This document shows positions 1-10,310 of a stretch of DNA of 64,000 nucleotides, piece by piece. The stretch comes from Bacteroidota bacterium (GTDB lineage Bacteria > Bacteroidota > Bacteroidia > Flavobacteriales > Weeksellaceae). A program made the translations under genes and the position numbers. Every line of letters begins with the position of its first letter. The stretch's first letter is position 1. The DNA lies in NCBI GenBank assembly GCA_023386965.1, contig JAEWIR010000039.1:856-64855 (forward strand), given 5' to 3'. The notes under the pieces are model-generated. The model had not been told where the DNA came from and searched no databases. It was given only the letters and a program-made list of their open reading frames with translations.

Positions 1-2
1 AA

Positions 3-116
3 AAAATAACCAGGCAGGTAGCCGAGGCCGGCAAACTCCTGAATGTGAACTTAATTGATCATCTGATCATCAACCAAAACTCCTATTTCAGCTTCTCGGA
101 CGAGGGTATATTATGA
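3..116 (+). CDS. radC: RadC/JAB-domain protein, C-terminal part (5' end outside window)
   Basis: Frame 3 reads KITRQVAEAGKLLNVNLIDHLIINQNSYFSFSDEGIL*, the typical RadC C-terminus (L.DH.I....YFSF.DEG.L). The stop overlaps the next ATG (ATGA). Confidence 0.85.
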   Translation, partial: KITRQVAEAGKLLNVNLIDHLIINQNSYFSFSDEGIL

Positions 117-1000
117 TCAAACACCTTACATACCCTCAAATTGATTTCGTAAAATATGAAGCATGCCTGGCAAATGCTGAGCAAAAAAATGTCTTTGCGA
201 AGAAGGAGGTCCTGGATTTTTTATGCGAGAACTGGGAACTGCTGGTCTATAATGAGTATGAATATGTAATGCCACTGCCGGTAAGGCAAAGTTTAGGTCA
301 GAAATTTATTGTTTGTCCTATTTTCTGCCAGCAACTGGGTGTTTTCGGTCCACTGGACAAACCTGAAATCAACGCACAATTCCTTAACCATACCCTGAAT
401 AATTTCAATACCTACCTGTATTCCTTTAACAGTCACAATACATTCAATAGAGGGCTGGAGCTCAGAAAAAACTATTTTATTGGCGCCGAACATTATGAAC
501 TGCAGCGCCGGAAATATTCCAAAGGCAGGAAATCGTCAGTAAAAGCCGCAGTTCATTTAACTTTCAGCCAAATGGACTTTAGTGAGGATGTCTTTAATTT
601 TGTGCGGAAATTCCATAAAGGTCTGGATAAGGAATCCGATCTTGAAACCATGCTCCGTTTTATTGTTTTTCTGGAAGATAAAAATATGCTTAAACTGTAC
701 GGTGCTTATCTTGACGGGCAGCTGCTGACGGTGGCGGCGCTTATCGATGACGGAACAACGCTCCATTTGCTGGCGCTTGTGAGTGATGAAAAATTCAGGA
801 ATGAAAATCCAACTTCTTTTTTGGTTGATAAGATTCTTGAAAAGTATATTGGAAGTCGCAATTTCAGTTTTATGGGCAGCAATGTGCGCAGTATCGCTGT
901 TTTTAACAGTAGTTTTGGTGCGGAACTTCAGGGGTATCCCGTAATCCGTTTTTCAAAGAAAGAACTGGCAGTTAACTGGCTCAAATCGCTGGTGAGGTAA
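113..1000 (+). CDS. hypothetical protein, GNAT/FemAB-like acyltransferase fold
   Basis: 295-aa ORF with P.F.QQLG near the N-terminus and a C-terminal F.F.GS...IA.F..SFGA pattern seen in FemAB-like GNAT proteins. Confidence 0.55.
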   Translation: MIKHLTYPQIDFVKYEACLANAEQKNVFAKKEVLDFLCENWELLVYNEYEYVMPLPVRQSLGQKFIVCPIFCQQLGVFGPLDKPEINAQFLNHTLNNFNTYLYSFNSHNTFNRGLELRKNYFIGAEHYELQRRKYSKGRKSSVKAAVHLTFSQMDFSEDVFNFVRKFHKGLDKESDLETMLRFIVFLEDKNMLKLYGAYLDGQLLTVAALIDDGTTLHLLALVSDEKFRNENPTSFLVDKILEKYIGSRNFSFMGSNVRSIAVFNSSFGAELQGYPVIRFSKKELAVNWLKSLVR

Positions 1001-1029
1001 AATTTGGCCAAATTAAGACCAACTAAATA

Positions 1030-1794
1030 ATGATCAAATCTATATATCAAAAGATATTTTCGGAGAAGACGCGCTATAATTTCCATGTCAGTCTGCGGAA
1101 GTTGAAAGCTGTGTTTCTATCCGGCAGCCGTTATTACTGTCCCTGCTGCGAAAAGTCGGCCAGCCGGTTTCTGGAAAAAGGCAACGGAATTGAAGTTCGC
1201 GGTAATGCGGTCTGTCCGCACTGTGGTTCGCTGGAACGTACGCGTTTGCTTTATTTATTTCTGAAAGATAAAACCAATATCTTCCGGGATAACCCATTCA
1301 TCCTACATTTTGCGCCCGAGGACGCACTTAAAGTGCATTTTGCAGCAAATCCCAATTATACAGACGCGGACCTAAATCCCAACCTGGCCAGCCATCAGAT
1401 GGATATCACAGACATCAGATTTCCGGATAATCATTTTGACTTTATTATCTGTTCGCATGTATTGGGTCATGTTCCAAACGAACAGAAGGCACTGCAGGAA
1501 CTCTATCGTGTCCTGAAAAGTGGTGGCCGTTTGTTCCTGATGTCATTAATGGATCCCGAGGCGCAACTCACCCTGGAAAATCCCGAATACAATACCCCGG
1601 AAATGAAACTGCGTCATTACGGTGAAAAAGACCTGGAAAGGCTGTACGGAAATGATTTTTCAGAAAGGATAAGTGCAGAAGGGGTGACAGTGGAAAGGAT
1701 TGACTACCGACTTCAGTTCAGCGATTCCGTAAGGCAGCGTATGGCACTGGGTAACGGACGCCGGGAAGTCATTTATCTGGTCACAAAAGGATGA
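1030..1794 (+). CDS. class I SAM-dependent methyltransferase with N-terminal CxxC...CxxC zinc ribbon
   Basis: CPCC...CPHCGSLERTR, ILHFAPE, FDFIICSHVLGHV, RVLKSGG. Confidence 0.8.
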   Translation: MIKSIYQKIFSEKTRYNFHVSLRKLKAVFLSGSRYYCPCCEKSASRFLEKGNGIEVRGNAVCPHCGSLERTRLLYLFLKDKTNIFRDNPFILHFAPEDALKVHFAANPNYTDADLNPNLASHQMDITDIRFPDNHFDFIICSHVLGHVPNEQKALQELYRVLKSGGRLFLMSLMDPEAQLTLENPEYNTPEMKLRHYGEKDLERLYGNDFSERISAEGVTVERIDYRLQFSDSVRQRMALGNGRREVIYLVTKG

Positions 1795-1897
1795 TTGCCT
1801 GCATTCTGATGCGTATAATAGGCCTTCGCTTTTTCACTGCTTACATCTGTTAAATTCTCCCTTTTATTTATTACTTTTGCAGTCTCAAATTTTATGG

Positions 1898-2425
1898 ATG
1901 TTCAACTTCGGCAGTTATATTAATTCACCGTACTTTCCCTATCTGTTTTCGGTGGTGCTGGCTATACCTTTTCTCGTTCTGCTCAGGCAGTTCGTGTTTG
2001 AGTATATAAAGATGAAGAACCAGGAACTGAAGATGCTTTCTGTAAAAGGCAATGCCCAGAACAAAAGCCAGGCTTACGAGCGTATGGTACTTTTTCTGGA
2101 AAGACTGAAACCCGCTAATCTGGTGACCAAATTTGACAGCGGACTGGCCAGGCACGAATACCTTTACCTGCTGGAAAAGTCCATAAACGAAGAGTTTGAG
2201 TATAATGCTTCGCAGCAGATTTACATCACCGCCAACTCCTGGCGCGACACGGTGCAATCCAAAAATGCAATCCTGAAAATGCTGCATGACACTTATGAAA
2301 GTTTAGGTGAAAATGCAGACCTGTCGGATTTTAAGACCGTATTCCTTATGAACTACATGAACGGTCCCGATTTCATTTCCGAAAACATAGACGCACTGAG
2401 AAGAGAAGTTCTTCTGGTGACCTGA
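1898..2425 (+). CDS. conserved Bacteroidota hypothetical protein, single N-terminal TM helix
   Basis: QAYER..LFLER and EFEYN.SQQIY motifs. TACTTTTG promoter element at 1872-1879 favours the ATG at 1898 over the TTG at 1877. Confidence 0.7.
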   Translation: MFNFGSYINSPYFPYLFSVVLAIPFLVLLRQFVFEYIKMKNQELKMLSVKGNAQNKSQAYERMVLFLERLKPANLVTKFDSGLARHEYLYLLEKSINEEFEYNASQQIYITANSWRDTVQSKNAILKMLHDTYESLGENADLSDFKTVFLMNYMNGPDFISENIDALRREVLLVT

Positions 2426-2449
2426 TACCCTTTTAAGATATTAATGATA

Positions 2450-3061
2450 ATGATACCAAATTTTAAAGCACATCCGTGGCATGGCATATCTGCCGGTGCC
2501 GATGCTCCAAACGTTGTAAACGTTTTTGTAGAGATTGTTCCCAGTGATACCATAAAATACGAGGTCGATAAGGCCAGCGGTTACCTTAAGGTAGACCGTC
2601 CGCAGCAGTTTTCAAACATTATTCCCGCCCTTTACGGATTTGTACCCAGGACCTACTGTCATAATGAAGTGTTGAAACTGGCGCTGGAAAGCGGTGCTGA
2701 AGACGTTACCATGGGCGATCATGACCCGTTGGACATCTGCGTACTGAGCTCACATAATATTCATGCCGGAGGTATGCTGATGGAGGCCATTCCAATCGGT
2801 GGTTTCAAGATGATTGACAAAGGTGAAGCTGATGACAAAATTGTTGCAGTAATGGTGGGCGACCACGCGTTCGGTCACTTCCGCGACATTGCGGAGCTGC
2901 CGCAGGCCGAGGTAAAGCGTTTGATGCACTATTTCCTTACCTATAAAAACCTTCCGGATGAGCCGGCTAAGTGCAGGATTCAGGAAGTATACGGTGCCGC
3001 GCACGCAAAAGAAGTGGTGGAAGCTTCCAGAAGAGATTATGCCAGCAAGTTTGGCGGTTAA
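2450..3061 (+). CDS. ppa: soluble family I inorganic pyrophosphatase
   Basis: HPWH, KYEVDK, YGFVPRT, GDHDPLD, DKGEADDK motifs. Confidence 0.95.
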   Translation: MIPNFKAHPWHGISAGADAPNVVNVFVEIVPSDTIKYEVDKASGYLKVDRPQQFSNIIPALYGFVPRTYCHNEVLKLALESGAEDVTMGDHDPLDICVLSSHNIHAGGMLMEAIPIGGFKMIDKGEADDKIVAVMVGDHAFGHFRDIAELPQAEVKRLMHYFLTYKNLPDEPAKCRIQEVYGAAHAKEVVEASRRDYASKFGG

Positions 3062-3084
3062 TTATAACCATATAGAATAAGTTG

Positions 3085-3111
3085 AAGACAGGTGTTATGC
3101 CTGTCTTTTTT
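3085..3111 (+). terminator. intrinsic terminator after ppa
   Basis: AAGACAGG-tgttatg-CCTGTCTT followed by a T-run. Confidence 0.8.
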
Positions 3112-3207
3112 GTTGCCTGGCCGTCACATATCTTTTACGAATTATACCACTGTTATCATGTTTTTATTATCTTTAATCTTATTAACCAAACATTAAAAAT
3201 AATAAGT

Positions 3208-5964
3208 ATGATGGATTTGTTTTATTTGGTGCCCATTTTCGGCATCATTGCCCTGATTTACACTTTTCTTCAGAGCACCTGGGTGAGCAAGCAGGATGCC
3301 GGTAACGAGCGCATGCGAACGATCAGCGGCCACATCGCAGATGGGGCCATGGCGTTTCTGCATGCCGAGTACCGGATCTTAACCTATTTCGTTATTGTCG
3401 TAGCCATCCTTCTGGCACTGATGGGTTTTTCCAACAGTAATTCCCACTGGACCATCGGGATCTCATTTATCATCGGTGCGGTACTCAGTGCTGCCGCCGG
3501 ATATATCGGGATGAAGATCGCTACCAAAGCCAACGTAAGGACTGCCGAAGCTGCGAAAACCAGCCTGGCCAAAGCACTTAAGGTTTCCTTTACCGGCGGT
3601 TCGGTAATGGGAATGGGAGTGGCCGGACTCGCCGTGCTGGGCCTGGGTACCCTGTTTATTATATTAAGACAGATATTCGCACCCGACTCCGGCGTAGACA
3701 GCCATGAGATGGAACGTACCATAGAAATCCTTACAGGTTTCTCGCTGGGTGCCGAAAGTATTGCACTTTTTGCCAGAGTAGGTGGTGGGATTTACACCAA
3801 AGCTGCCGACGTAGGCGCCGACCTGGTAGGAAAGGTGGAAGCGGGAATTCCCGAGGATGATCCGCGTAATCCAGCCACGATTGCCGATAATGTGGGCGAT
3901 AATGTTGGCGATGTGGCCGGTATGGGTGCCGACCTTTTCGGTTCTTACGTTGCCACGGTTCTGGCAACTATGGTTCTCGGACGCGAAACATTCTCTCAGG
4001 ATGCCTTTGGTGGTTTTGCACCGATCTTACTGCCAATGCTTATCGCCGGTACCGGTGTCATCTTCTCCATGCTGGGAACTTTGTTTGTAAAGGTAAACGA
4101 CAACGACGGCGCATCTACCTCCAACGTACAGAGCGCACTTAATTTAGGAAACTACGGAAGTATCGTTATCACGGCAATATCTTCCTATTTCCTTGTAAAT
4201 TATCTTCTTCCGGACACCATGGTATTGCGTGGACATGAATTTACTAACGATGGTGTATTCGGCGCTATCATCGTAGGTTTGGTAGTCGGTACGCTGATGA
4301 GCATCATCACAGAATATTATACCGCCATGGGCAAGCGCCCGGTAAGCAGTATCGTAAGACAATCCTCCACCGGACATGCTACCAATATAATTGGAGGTCT
4401 TTCCGTAGGTATGGAAAGTACGCTGCTGCCCATCATTGTGCTGGCAGGTGGTATTTACGGCTCTTTCCTGTGTGCCGGGCTTTATGGTGTAGCCATTGCG
4501 GCTGCAGGTATGATGGCTACCACAGCGATGCAGCTGGCCATTGACGCGTTTGGTCCTATTGCCGATAATGCCGGCGGTATCGCCGAGATGAGTGACCTCC
4601 CTAAAGAAGTTCGTGAAAGGACGGATATCCTGGATGCCGTAGGAAACACGACAGCCGCTACCGGTAAAGGTTTTGCCATTGCCTCCGCCGCACTTACCGC
4701 GCTGGCACTTTTTGCTGCCTTTGTAGGTATTGCGGGAATTGACGGTATTGACATTTACCGTGCCGATGTACTGGCCGGACTTTTTGTGGGCGCCATGATC
4801 CCGTTTATATTCTCGTCACTAGCTATTACAGCCGTAGGCCAGGCCGCTATGGCGATGGTGGAGGAAGTGCGCCGCCAGTTCCGTGAAATTCCGGGAATCC
4901 TGGAAGGTACCAGCGAGCCGGAGTATGAGAAATGTGTAGCTATCTCCACCGATGCTTCCATTAAAAAAATGATGCTACCCGGAGCCATCGCAATTGTTTC
5001 TCCTCTTTTGGTAGGGTTTATTTTCGGACCTGAGGTATTGGGTGGTTTCTTAGCCGGAGCTACGGTGTCCGGAGTTTTGATGGGAATGTTCCAGAACAAT
5101 GCCGGTGGCGCCTGGGACAATGCCAAGAAATCGTTTGAAAAAGGCGTTGATATTAACGGTAAGACTTTCTACAAAGGTTCCGAACCGCACAAGGCTTCCG
5201 TTACAGGAGATACTGTGGGAGATCCCTTCAAGGACACCTCCGGACCGTCCATGAACATCCTGATTAAACTGATGTCCATCGTTTCGCTGGTCATTGCGCC
5301 TACCTTAGCCATTATGCATGCCGATCAGATCCGCGATAACCGCGCGGCAAAATTACAGGCACTGAAACTTGCCCCAAACGGTACCGCGGTACACGGAACT
5401 CCTGCTGTAGCTGTAGATCCTGCAGCGCCGGGTGTGGTAACTGTTATGCCGGAACCTGTTGGAATGCTTAATGCCGACGGCGACTTTGTGTATGATACCG
5501 GCAACATCACGCCCGTAACCTTGCCCAACGGACAGGTAATCAATTTGGGTGAAAACAGCCGTATGAAATATTTTGCGCAGGGACTCGCCCAAAATGACCG
5601 GACCTTGCTGGATGAAAACAGATGGTTCACGGTAGAAAATCTGTATTTCGTAAGCGGAAGCAGCGATTTGAAACCGGAGTCTCAGGAGGCCATTGAGAAT
5701 ATCTTCAAAATAATGGAAGCCTACCCAAATCTGAAAATCAAGATGGGCGGCTACACCGACAATACCGGTAATGAAGACACCAATATGAGGCTGTCTAAGC
5801 TACGTGCCGATACTGCAAAGCTGAAGCTGATGGAGTTGGGTATTGCTGCCGACCGTATTGAAGCAGAAGGTTACGGACCTCAGTTCCCGGTTTGTGCCGA
5901 GGACGACAGCGACGAATGTAAGGCGCTGAACCGTAGGGTAGATATCCGTGCACTGGCACTTTAA
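3208..5964 (+). CDS. hppA: K+-dependent membrane-integral cation-pumping pyrophosphatase with C-terminal OmpA-like domain
   Basis: [55 protein letters not shown]-terminal GYTDNTG...N..LS..RA...NRRV is an OmpA_C motif. ATG at 3208/3211 preferred over TTG 3082. Confidence 0.95.
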   Translation: MMDLFYLVPIFGIIALIYTFLQSTWVSKQDAGNERMRTISGHIADGAMAFLHAEYRILTYFVIVVAILLALMGFSNSNSHWTIGISFIIGAVLSAAAGYIGMKIATKANVRTAEAAKTSLAKALKVSFTGGSVMGMGVAGLAVLGLGTLFIILRQIFAPDSGVDSHEMERTIEILTGFSLGAESIALFARVGGGIYTKAADVGADLVGKVEAGIPEDDPRNPATIADNVGDNVGDVAGMGADLFGSYVATVLATMVLGRETFSQDAFGGFAPILLPMLIAGTGVIFSMLGTLFVKVNDNDGASTSNVQSALNLGNYGSIVITAISSYFLVNYLLPDTMVLRGHEFTNDGVFGAIIVGLVVGTLMSIITEYYTAMGKRPVSSIVRQSSTGHATNIIGGLSVGMESTLLPIIVLAGGIYGSFLCAGLYGVAIAAAGMMATTAMQLAIDAFGPIADNAGGIAEMSDLPKEVRERTDILDAVGNTTAATGKGFAIASAALTALALFAAFVGIAGIDGIDIYRADVLAGLFVGAMIPFIFSSLAITAVGQAAMAMVEEVRRQFREIPGILEGTSEPEYEKCVAISTDASIKKMMLPGAIAIVSPLLVGFIFGPEVLGGFLAGATVSGVLMGMFQNNAGGAWDNAKKSFEKGVDINGKTFYKGSEPHKASVTGDTVGDPFKDTSGPSMNILIKLMSIVSLVIAPTLAIMHADQIRDNRAAKLQALKLAPNGTAVHGTPAVAVDPAAPGVVTVMPEPVGMLNADGDFVYDTGNITPVTLPNGQVINLGENSRMKYFAQGLAQNDRTLLDENRWFTVENLYFVSGSSDLKPESQEAIENIFKIMEAYPNLKIKMGGYTDNTGNEDTNMRLSKLRADTAKLKLMELGIAADRIEAEGYGPQFPVCAEDDSDECKALNRRVDIRALAL

Positions 5965-5986
5965 AACTAACTGAGTAATATCAAAG

Positions 5987-6014
5987 GAGCGTCACTTTTG
6001 TTGACGCTTTTTTT
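5987..6014 (+). terminator. intrinsic terminator after hppA
   Basis: AGCGTCA-cttttgt-TGACGCT followed by a T-run. Confidence 0.8.
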
Positions 6015-6254
6015 AGATAATCGCAGGAAAAAATTTTTTACTCTTCTTTTGTCTGGAAGAGTGTTTCCTCCTTCCTGGCAAACCTTTGACGATTCAAAAT
6101 AAATGTTTATATTCATTACGTGTAAACATGCAGTCAGTCCACGTTGCGAAACTTATAAACTACTATTTTGTTTCGGCTCACAATGGTTATTTATATAACG
6201 TTAATAGTTTCTGGCGAAGCAATGGAATCACGCAGTAGTGGTGAATTGACAACA

Positions 6255-6278
6255 GCGCAAAGTCAGGAGACTTGGAGC
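6255..6278. repeat. REP-like hairpin, left of RAYT
   Basis: Imperfect palindrome GCGCAAAGTC-N4-GACTTGGAGC. Homologues at 7057, 11395, 11632, 15857, 16093. Confidence 0.8.
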
Positions 6279-6331
6279 AAATTTTATCGCCTTATTTTAC
6301 ATAAAACCATATCTTTGATCAAAGCACAGCT

Positions 6332-6937
6332 ATGAAAGCCGGTTACGTCATCAGAGATCAGGAAAGACCACATTTCATAACAATCACTGTTGTTGACTGG
6401 ATTGATATCTTCACACGTAAGAACTATCGCGAAATCATCAGTAACTGTTTCCGGTTCTGCATTAAAAACAAAGGCATGATACTGTACGGCTACGTAATTA
6501 TGAGCAATCATATTCACCTCATAGTGCAGTCCAGAGATGGTAAACTTTCCGATCTTATTCGGGACTTCAAGAAATTTACCGCGAACCAAATTCTTGCGGC
6601 TCTGCACAATGAACCGGAAAGCAGAAGAGAGTGGATATTAGAGCGCTTTGCCAAAGCCACGGAAACCCATACCCGAAACAAGAACTTTCAGGTTTGGTAG
6701 TATGGGAATCATGCGGAAGAAATCTTTAGCTTAAAGTTCTTGTGGGACAAATTGAATTACATTCACCTGAATCCCGTCCGGTCAGGTATCGTGGAAAAAG
6801 CAATTCACTACATTGATTCTTCAGCCAGAAATTATGCCGATGAAAAGGGAGTATTGGATATCACATTAGCCGAAAATCCAGTCACTGACACTCGAAAGAA
6901 CAGTGAGTTTTGGAAGTATAATAGTTATGAGGATTGA
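6332..6937 (+). pseudogene. REP-associated tyrosine transposase (RAYT/TnpA-REP), interrupted by one in-frame TAG
   Basis: HFITITVVDWIDIF, YVIMSNHIHLI (HUH), RDFKKFT, then NFQVW*YGNHAEEI...KLNYIHLNPVRSG (catalytic Tyr). ORFs 6332 and 6740 are in the same frame, split by TAG at 6698-6700. Confidence 0.9.
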
Positions 6938-7056
6938 TGGATTTCGAAAGACATAAAATCAAAGATTATTCGTAGCATTTCACGTAGTGGAAGGCCCTGT
7001 ATATGTTCGAAATATAACAATTATGAAGCATAAATAGTGCGAAGATATTTGGAACG

Positions 7057-7088
7057 GCTCAAAGTCAGGAGACTTTGCGCAGCGGGGG
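7057..7088. repeat. REP-like hairpin, right of RAYT
   Basis: GCTCAAAGTC-agga-GACTTTGCGC plus AGCGGGGG tail. Confidence 0.8.
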
Positions 7089-7279
7089 TAAGATTTAACT
7101 TTATAGCAGTCGATTATCTTATTTACACGTATAAAGTTCTTGAAAATTTCAATCAGTCTTATCAGCTTCCTCTGATTGCCTAGGTGGGAAGACAATAAAC
7201 CTTATTCGGTTTTACACTCAAACATAGTTTTTTAAGAAAATTACGAGTTTCAAATGATAAGGATTGAAAGTGGTGTAAA

Positions 7280-7327
7280 TTTCAGTTGTTTTAAAGTCCA
7301 TTTCAGAAGCCAATTATTCCGTTTCAG
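7280..7327 (+). promoter_or_regulatory. candidate LytTR operator: three TTTCAG direct repeats with 21-bp period
   Basis: TTTCAG starts at 7280, 7301 and 7322, upstream of the catalase-like gene. A LytTR regulator is encoded in the same cluster. Confidence 0.6.
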
Positions 7328-7402
7328 TAAACATAAAGTTCGGTCGGTGGCATCTCGTTCATTTCTTTGTATGATAAATATAGATAATTGAAACAGAATA
7401 TT

Positions 7403-8503
7403 ATGAAAAGAAAATTTTTTTTAACTGATTTCGAAAAAAGGAAAACACCAATTATTTTAACAGGTATTGCCCTTACTGCATTGGTTCTTGTTTTAACTTT
7501 TACTTGGCTGGCAGGTCTGATAGGGCAACGTATTACCACTAAAACATTTTTAAGCAATACCCCAGAATCATTTCCGGCAGGGTATCGTAGAGCTCACGGC
7601 AAAGGTATCTGCTTTGAAGGTACTTTCCACGCATCTGGAGATGCTGTGGAATTATCTGTAGCGCAGGTATTCGAACAGAAGAAGGTTCCTGCAATTGGTC
7701 GTTTTTCCTTGGGTACCGGCAATCCATATGCTCCGGATAATTCCAGCCGTACAGTAAGTATGGCTTTGATGCTGACTTCCAATGATGGCGAACAATGGAG
7801 AATGAAATTAAATAATAAACCCTTTTTCGGTACTCGCGATGCCATAGGGTTTCTAAAACAAGTTGAAGCTTTTAAGCCCCAGCCCAAAACAGGAAAGCCT
7901 GATCCTAAAAAAATTGCAGCTTTTCTTAAAGAATACCCTGAAGCCAAAAAGTCTATGGAATATGATGCGAAGGCACCGTGGACCAAAAGTTTTGCAGGTT
8001 CAGAATATTATGTTATAAATGCATTTCTATTAATTGATTCTAGTGGAAAAGAACATCCAGTTCGCTGGTCAATGCGTCCACACGCTCCATTTGTTTCGAT
8101 GAATGCGGAGGAGAGAGAAAAAGCTGGACCAAATTATTTATTTGACGAATTGAAAAAGCGACTTGAAAAAGCACCCCTTTATTGGGATCTGGTATTAACT
8201 ATCGCTGAGCCCGGAGACCCTGTTAACGATCCTTCCCGCCAATGGCCTGCAAACCGTAAACAGATCATTGCTGGAACTTTGGAAGTTAATCGTGTTTATG
8301 ACCAGGAAGAAGGTGGATGCAGGGACATTAACTTTGATCCAACGCTCGTACCTAAAGGAATTGCGCTGTCTGATGACCCAGTTTTAGCGGCTAGGGCAGG
8401 AATCTATTCCCATTCGTACAATGACAGGGTGAGGGAGATTGGCTATGGTAAAGCGACCGATGCAGTAGGCAAATCAAAAAAAGACGATTCTAAAAGCAAA
8501 TAA
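7403..8503 (+). CDS. catalase-related peroxidase (SrpA-like), N-terminal membrane anchor
   Basis: RRAHGKGIC.EG.F (distal His), GRFSLG.GNP, NFDPT...GI..SDDPVLAAR...Y..SY (proximal Tyr). Confidence 0.9.
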   Translation: MKRKFFLTDFEKRKTPIILTGIALTALVLVLTFTWLAGLIGQRITTKTFLSNTPESFPAGYRRAHGKGICFEGTFHASGDAVELSVAQVFEQKKVPAIGRFSLGTGNPYAPDNSSRTVSMALMLTSNDGEQWRMKLNNKPFFGTRDAIGFLKQVEAFKPQPKTGKPDPKKIAAFLKEYPEAKKSMEYDAKAPWTKSFAGSEYYVINAFLLIDSSGKEHPVRWSMRPHAPFVSMNAEEREKAGPNYLFDELKKRLEKAPLYWDLVLTIAEPGDPVNDPSRQWPANRKQIIAGTLEVNRVYDQEEGGCRDINFDPTLVPKGIALSDDPVLAARAGIYSHSYNDRVREIGYGKATDAVGKSKKDDSKSK

Positions 8504-9096
8504 TGATGAATAATAAAAAGCTGACTCAAGTGTATCCAACATCTTTTAATATTACTGCGAGAATACTACACTGGCTGATGGCCACAATGATATTAACAAT
8601 GTTATTCGTTGGAGTAGGAATGATGACATCATTAACATTAAGACCTTGGCTGTTAAACCTGCATATACCCTTGGGAGTAGCGGTACTGCTGTTGGCTATT
8701 GTTCGTCTGATCAATCGCTTACTCACACCTGTTCCACAGCTTCCGGATCAAATGCCGGGCTGGCAGAAATATATTGCTACGATACTGCATTGGGTATTTT
8801 ATGTACTGATGTTTGCACTGCCTCTCTCCGGCTGGGCGCAACTGTCTTCCGGTGGCTTTTCTGTGAGGCTTTACGCGGGCTTACACCTTCCTCCAATGTT
8901 GGCACAAAATCCAACTTCTCATGCCTTATTGCACGATTTGCACCGAATAATGGCGTGGTCGTTCTTCTTTATGGTCGTTGGACATCTTTCTGCAGCATTG
9001 ATTCACGGCTTTATTTACAGGGACAACATTTTGCGATCAATGACATTGCAAAAAAAGCAAACTGATAATTCTGAAGAAATCTGTTCTGAACAATAA
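8503..9096 (+). CDS. cybB: cytochrome b561
   Basis: Four TM helices with His ligands: ARILHW, LH.PLG, LHDLH, GHLSAALIH. Confidence 0.85.
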   Translation: MMNNKKLTQVYPTSFNITARILHWLMATMILTMLFVGVGMMTSLTLRPWLLNLHIPLGVAVLLLAIVRLINRLLTPVPQLPDQMPGWQKYIATILHWVFYVLMFALPLSGWAQLSSGGFSVRLYAGLHLPPMLAQNPTSHALLHDLHRIMAWSFFFMVVGHLSAALIHGFIYRDNILRSMTLQKKQTDNSEEICSEQ

Positions 9097-9209
9097 ACTT
9101 AGAGCCACCAAGGTGATATCAAAGTAAAAGTCTTTGTATATTTAGATTATCATTTTTGTAATCAAAAATGGATTTTATATAAGTCGATCGTAACCCAGTA
9201 ATATCTATT

Positions 9210-10310
9210 ATGAAGAAAGAACAAAATACATTTTTAAATAACCGCTGGAAACGTATACTGATTGTATGTTTCGCATTTTTAATGATGTATCTTATTTCAT
9301 TTATCATCGATCCGTTCTCTATTTACTGGGGCAATTTTTTTAAAAGAAATTGGACGAAAATGATAGGAGATTTTGCAGTGTCCTTTATATTTTGTTTTAT
9401 TGTATCAGAGGTAAGTATTCTCATTAGCAATAAGTTTAACAGGAGTGTTCCCTGGACCAATTATCCAGGAAAACGTTTTATGATTGAAATATTTCTGAAT
9501 CTTTTTGTGATACTTGCAGTACAACTAATTATCAGTTTGTTAAAATCGAGGATGTATGGAAAACCTCTGACTTTCGGATTTGGGCCTGGAGGATCGGTCG
9601 AAGAGGCTAGAGGAATGATACAATGGCTTGTCGTCAGCACTATTATTGCACTATTTATCGTCGGAATTCATATTGGGAATTATCTTATATCCAATTGGAA
9701 AAATGAGGCTTTAAAAGCTTCTGAGCTTAAGCAGGTGGCATTGGATGCTGAATTACAGTCACTAAAACTTCAGATAGATCCACATTTTGTATTTAATAAT
9801 CTGAGTGTATTGTCTGAGACAATTCTCAAAGACCAGATGCTGGGATATAAATATGCTGAGAACTTTTCCCGCATTTACCGATATCTTCTTGTAAACGCTA
9901 AAAAAGATATTATTACGCTGGAACAGGAGCTTAAATTTTTAGAATCTTACCAATTTCTTATTGAGCACCGATTTTCTAATGGCGTACAGTTTCATATCTC
10001 TGCAGATGAGTCATCAAAAATTCTTCTAATGCCCCCTCTTACCTTGCAGCTCCTTGTAGAAAATGCATTAAAGCACAATAAAACAAGCCGAAAAGAACCT
10101 CTAATGGTATGGATCATTACTGACAAAGCACAAACATTGACAGTTGAAAATAATATGCTGCCATTTGCAAAAGTGCAAGACTCTTTAGGAATAGGATTAA
10201 GCAATATAGTGAGAAGGTATCAATTGCTGTCAGATCGGCCGGTTGAGATAAGTAAAGCCAATAATTGTTTTAAAGTGACCATACCACTTCTTAGCTATGA
10301 TGACAAGTAG
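9210..10310 (+). CDS. LytS/YehU-type membrane sensor histidine kinase
   Basis: N-terminal TMs, LKLQIDPHFVFNNL, LQLLVENALKHN, GIGLSNI. Confidence 0.9.
   Translation: MKKEQNTFLNNRWKRILIVCFAFLMMYLISFIIDPFSIYWGNFFKRNWTKMIGDFAVSFIFCFIVSEVSILISNKFNRSVPWTNYPGKRFMIEIFLNLFVILAVQLIISLLKSRMYGKPLTFGFGPGGSVEEARGMIQWLVVSTIIALFIVGIHIGNYLISNWKNEALKASELKQVALDAELQSLKLQIDPHFVFNNLSVLSETILKDQMLGYKYAENFSRIYRYLLVNAKKDIITLEQELKFLESYQFLIEHRFSNGVQFHISADESSKILLMPPLTLQLLVENALKHNKTSRKEPLMVWIITDKAQTLTVENNMLPFAKVQDSLGIGLSNIVRRYQLLSDRPVEISKANNCFKVTIPLLSYDDK

Larger units (their letters stand above)
6255..7088 (+). mobile_element. REP-flanked RAYT (IS200/Y1 HUH) element
   Basis: Y1 transposase gene bracketed by inverted hairpins GCGCAAAGTC-agga-GACTTGGAGC (6255-6278) and GCTCAAAGTC-agga-GACTTTGCGC-AGCGGGGG (7057-7088). 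Confidence 0.75.

Noticed and set aside
3082..3207. N-terminal extension of hppA from TTG 3082
   Set aside because: It overlaps the ppa terminator; ATG 3208/3211 has the A-rich initiation context.
6740..6937. Separate 65-aa gene
   Set aside because: It is the in-frame continuation of the RAYT past the TAG.
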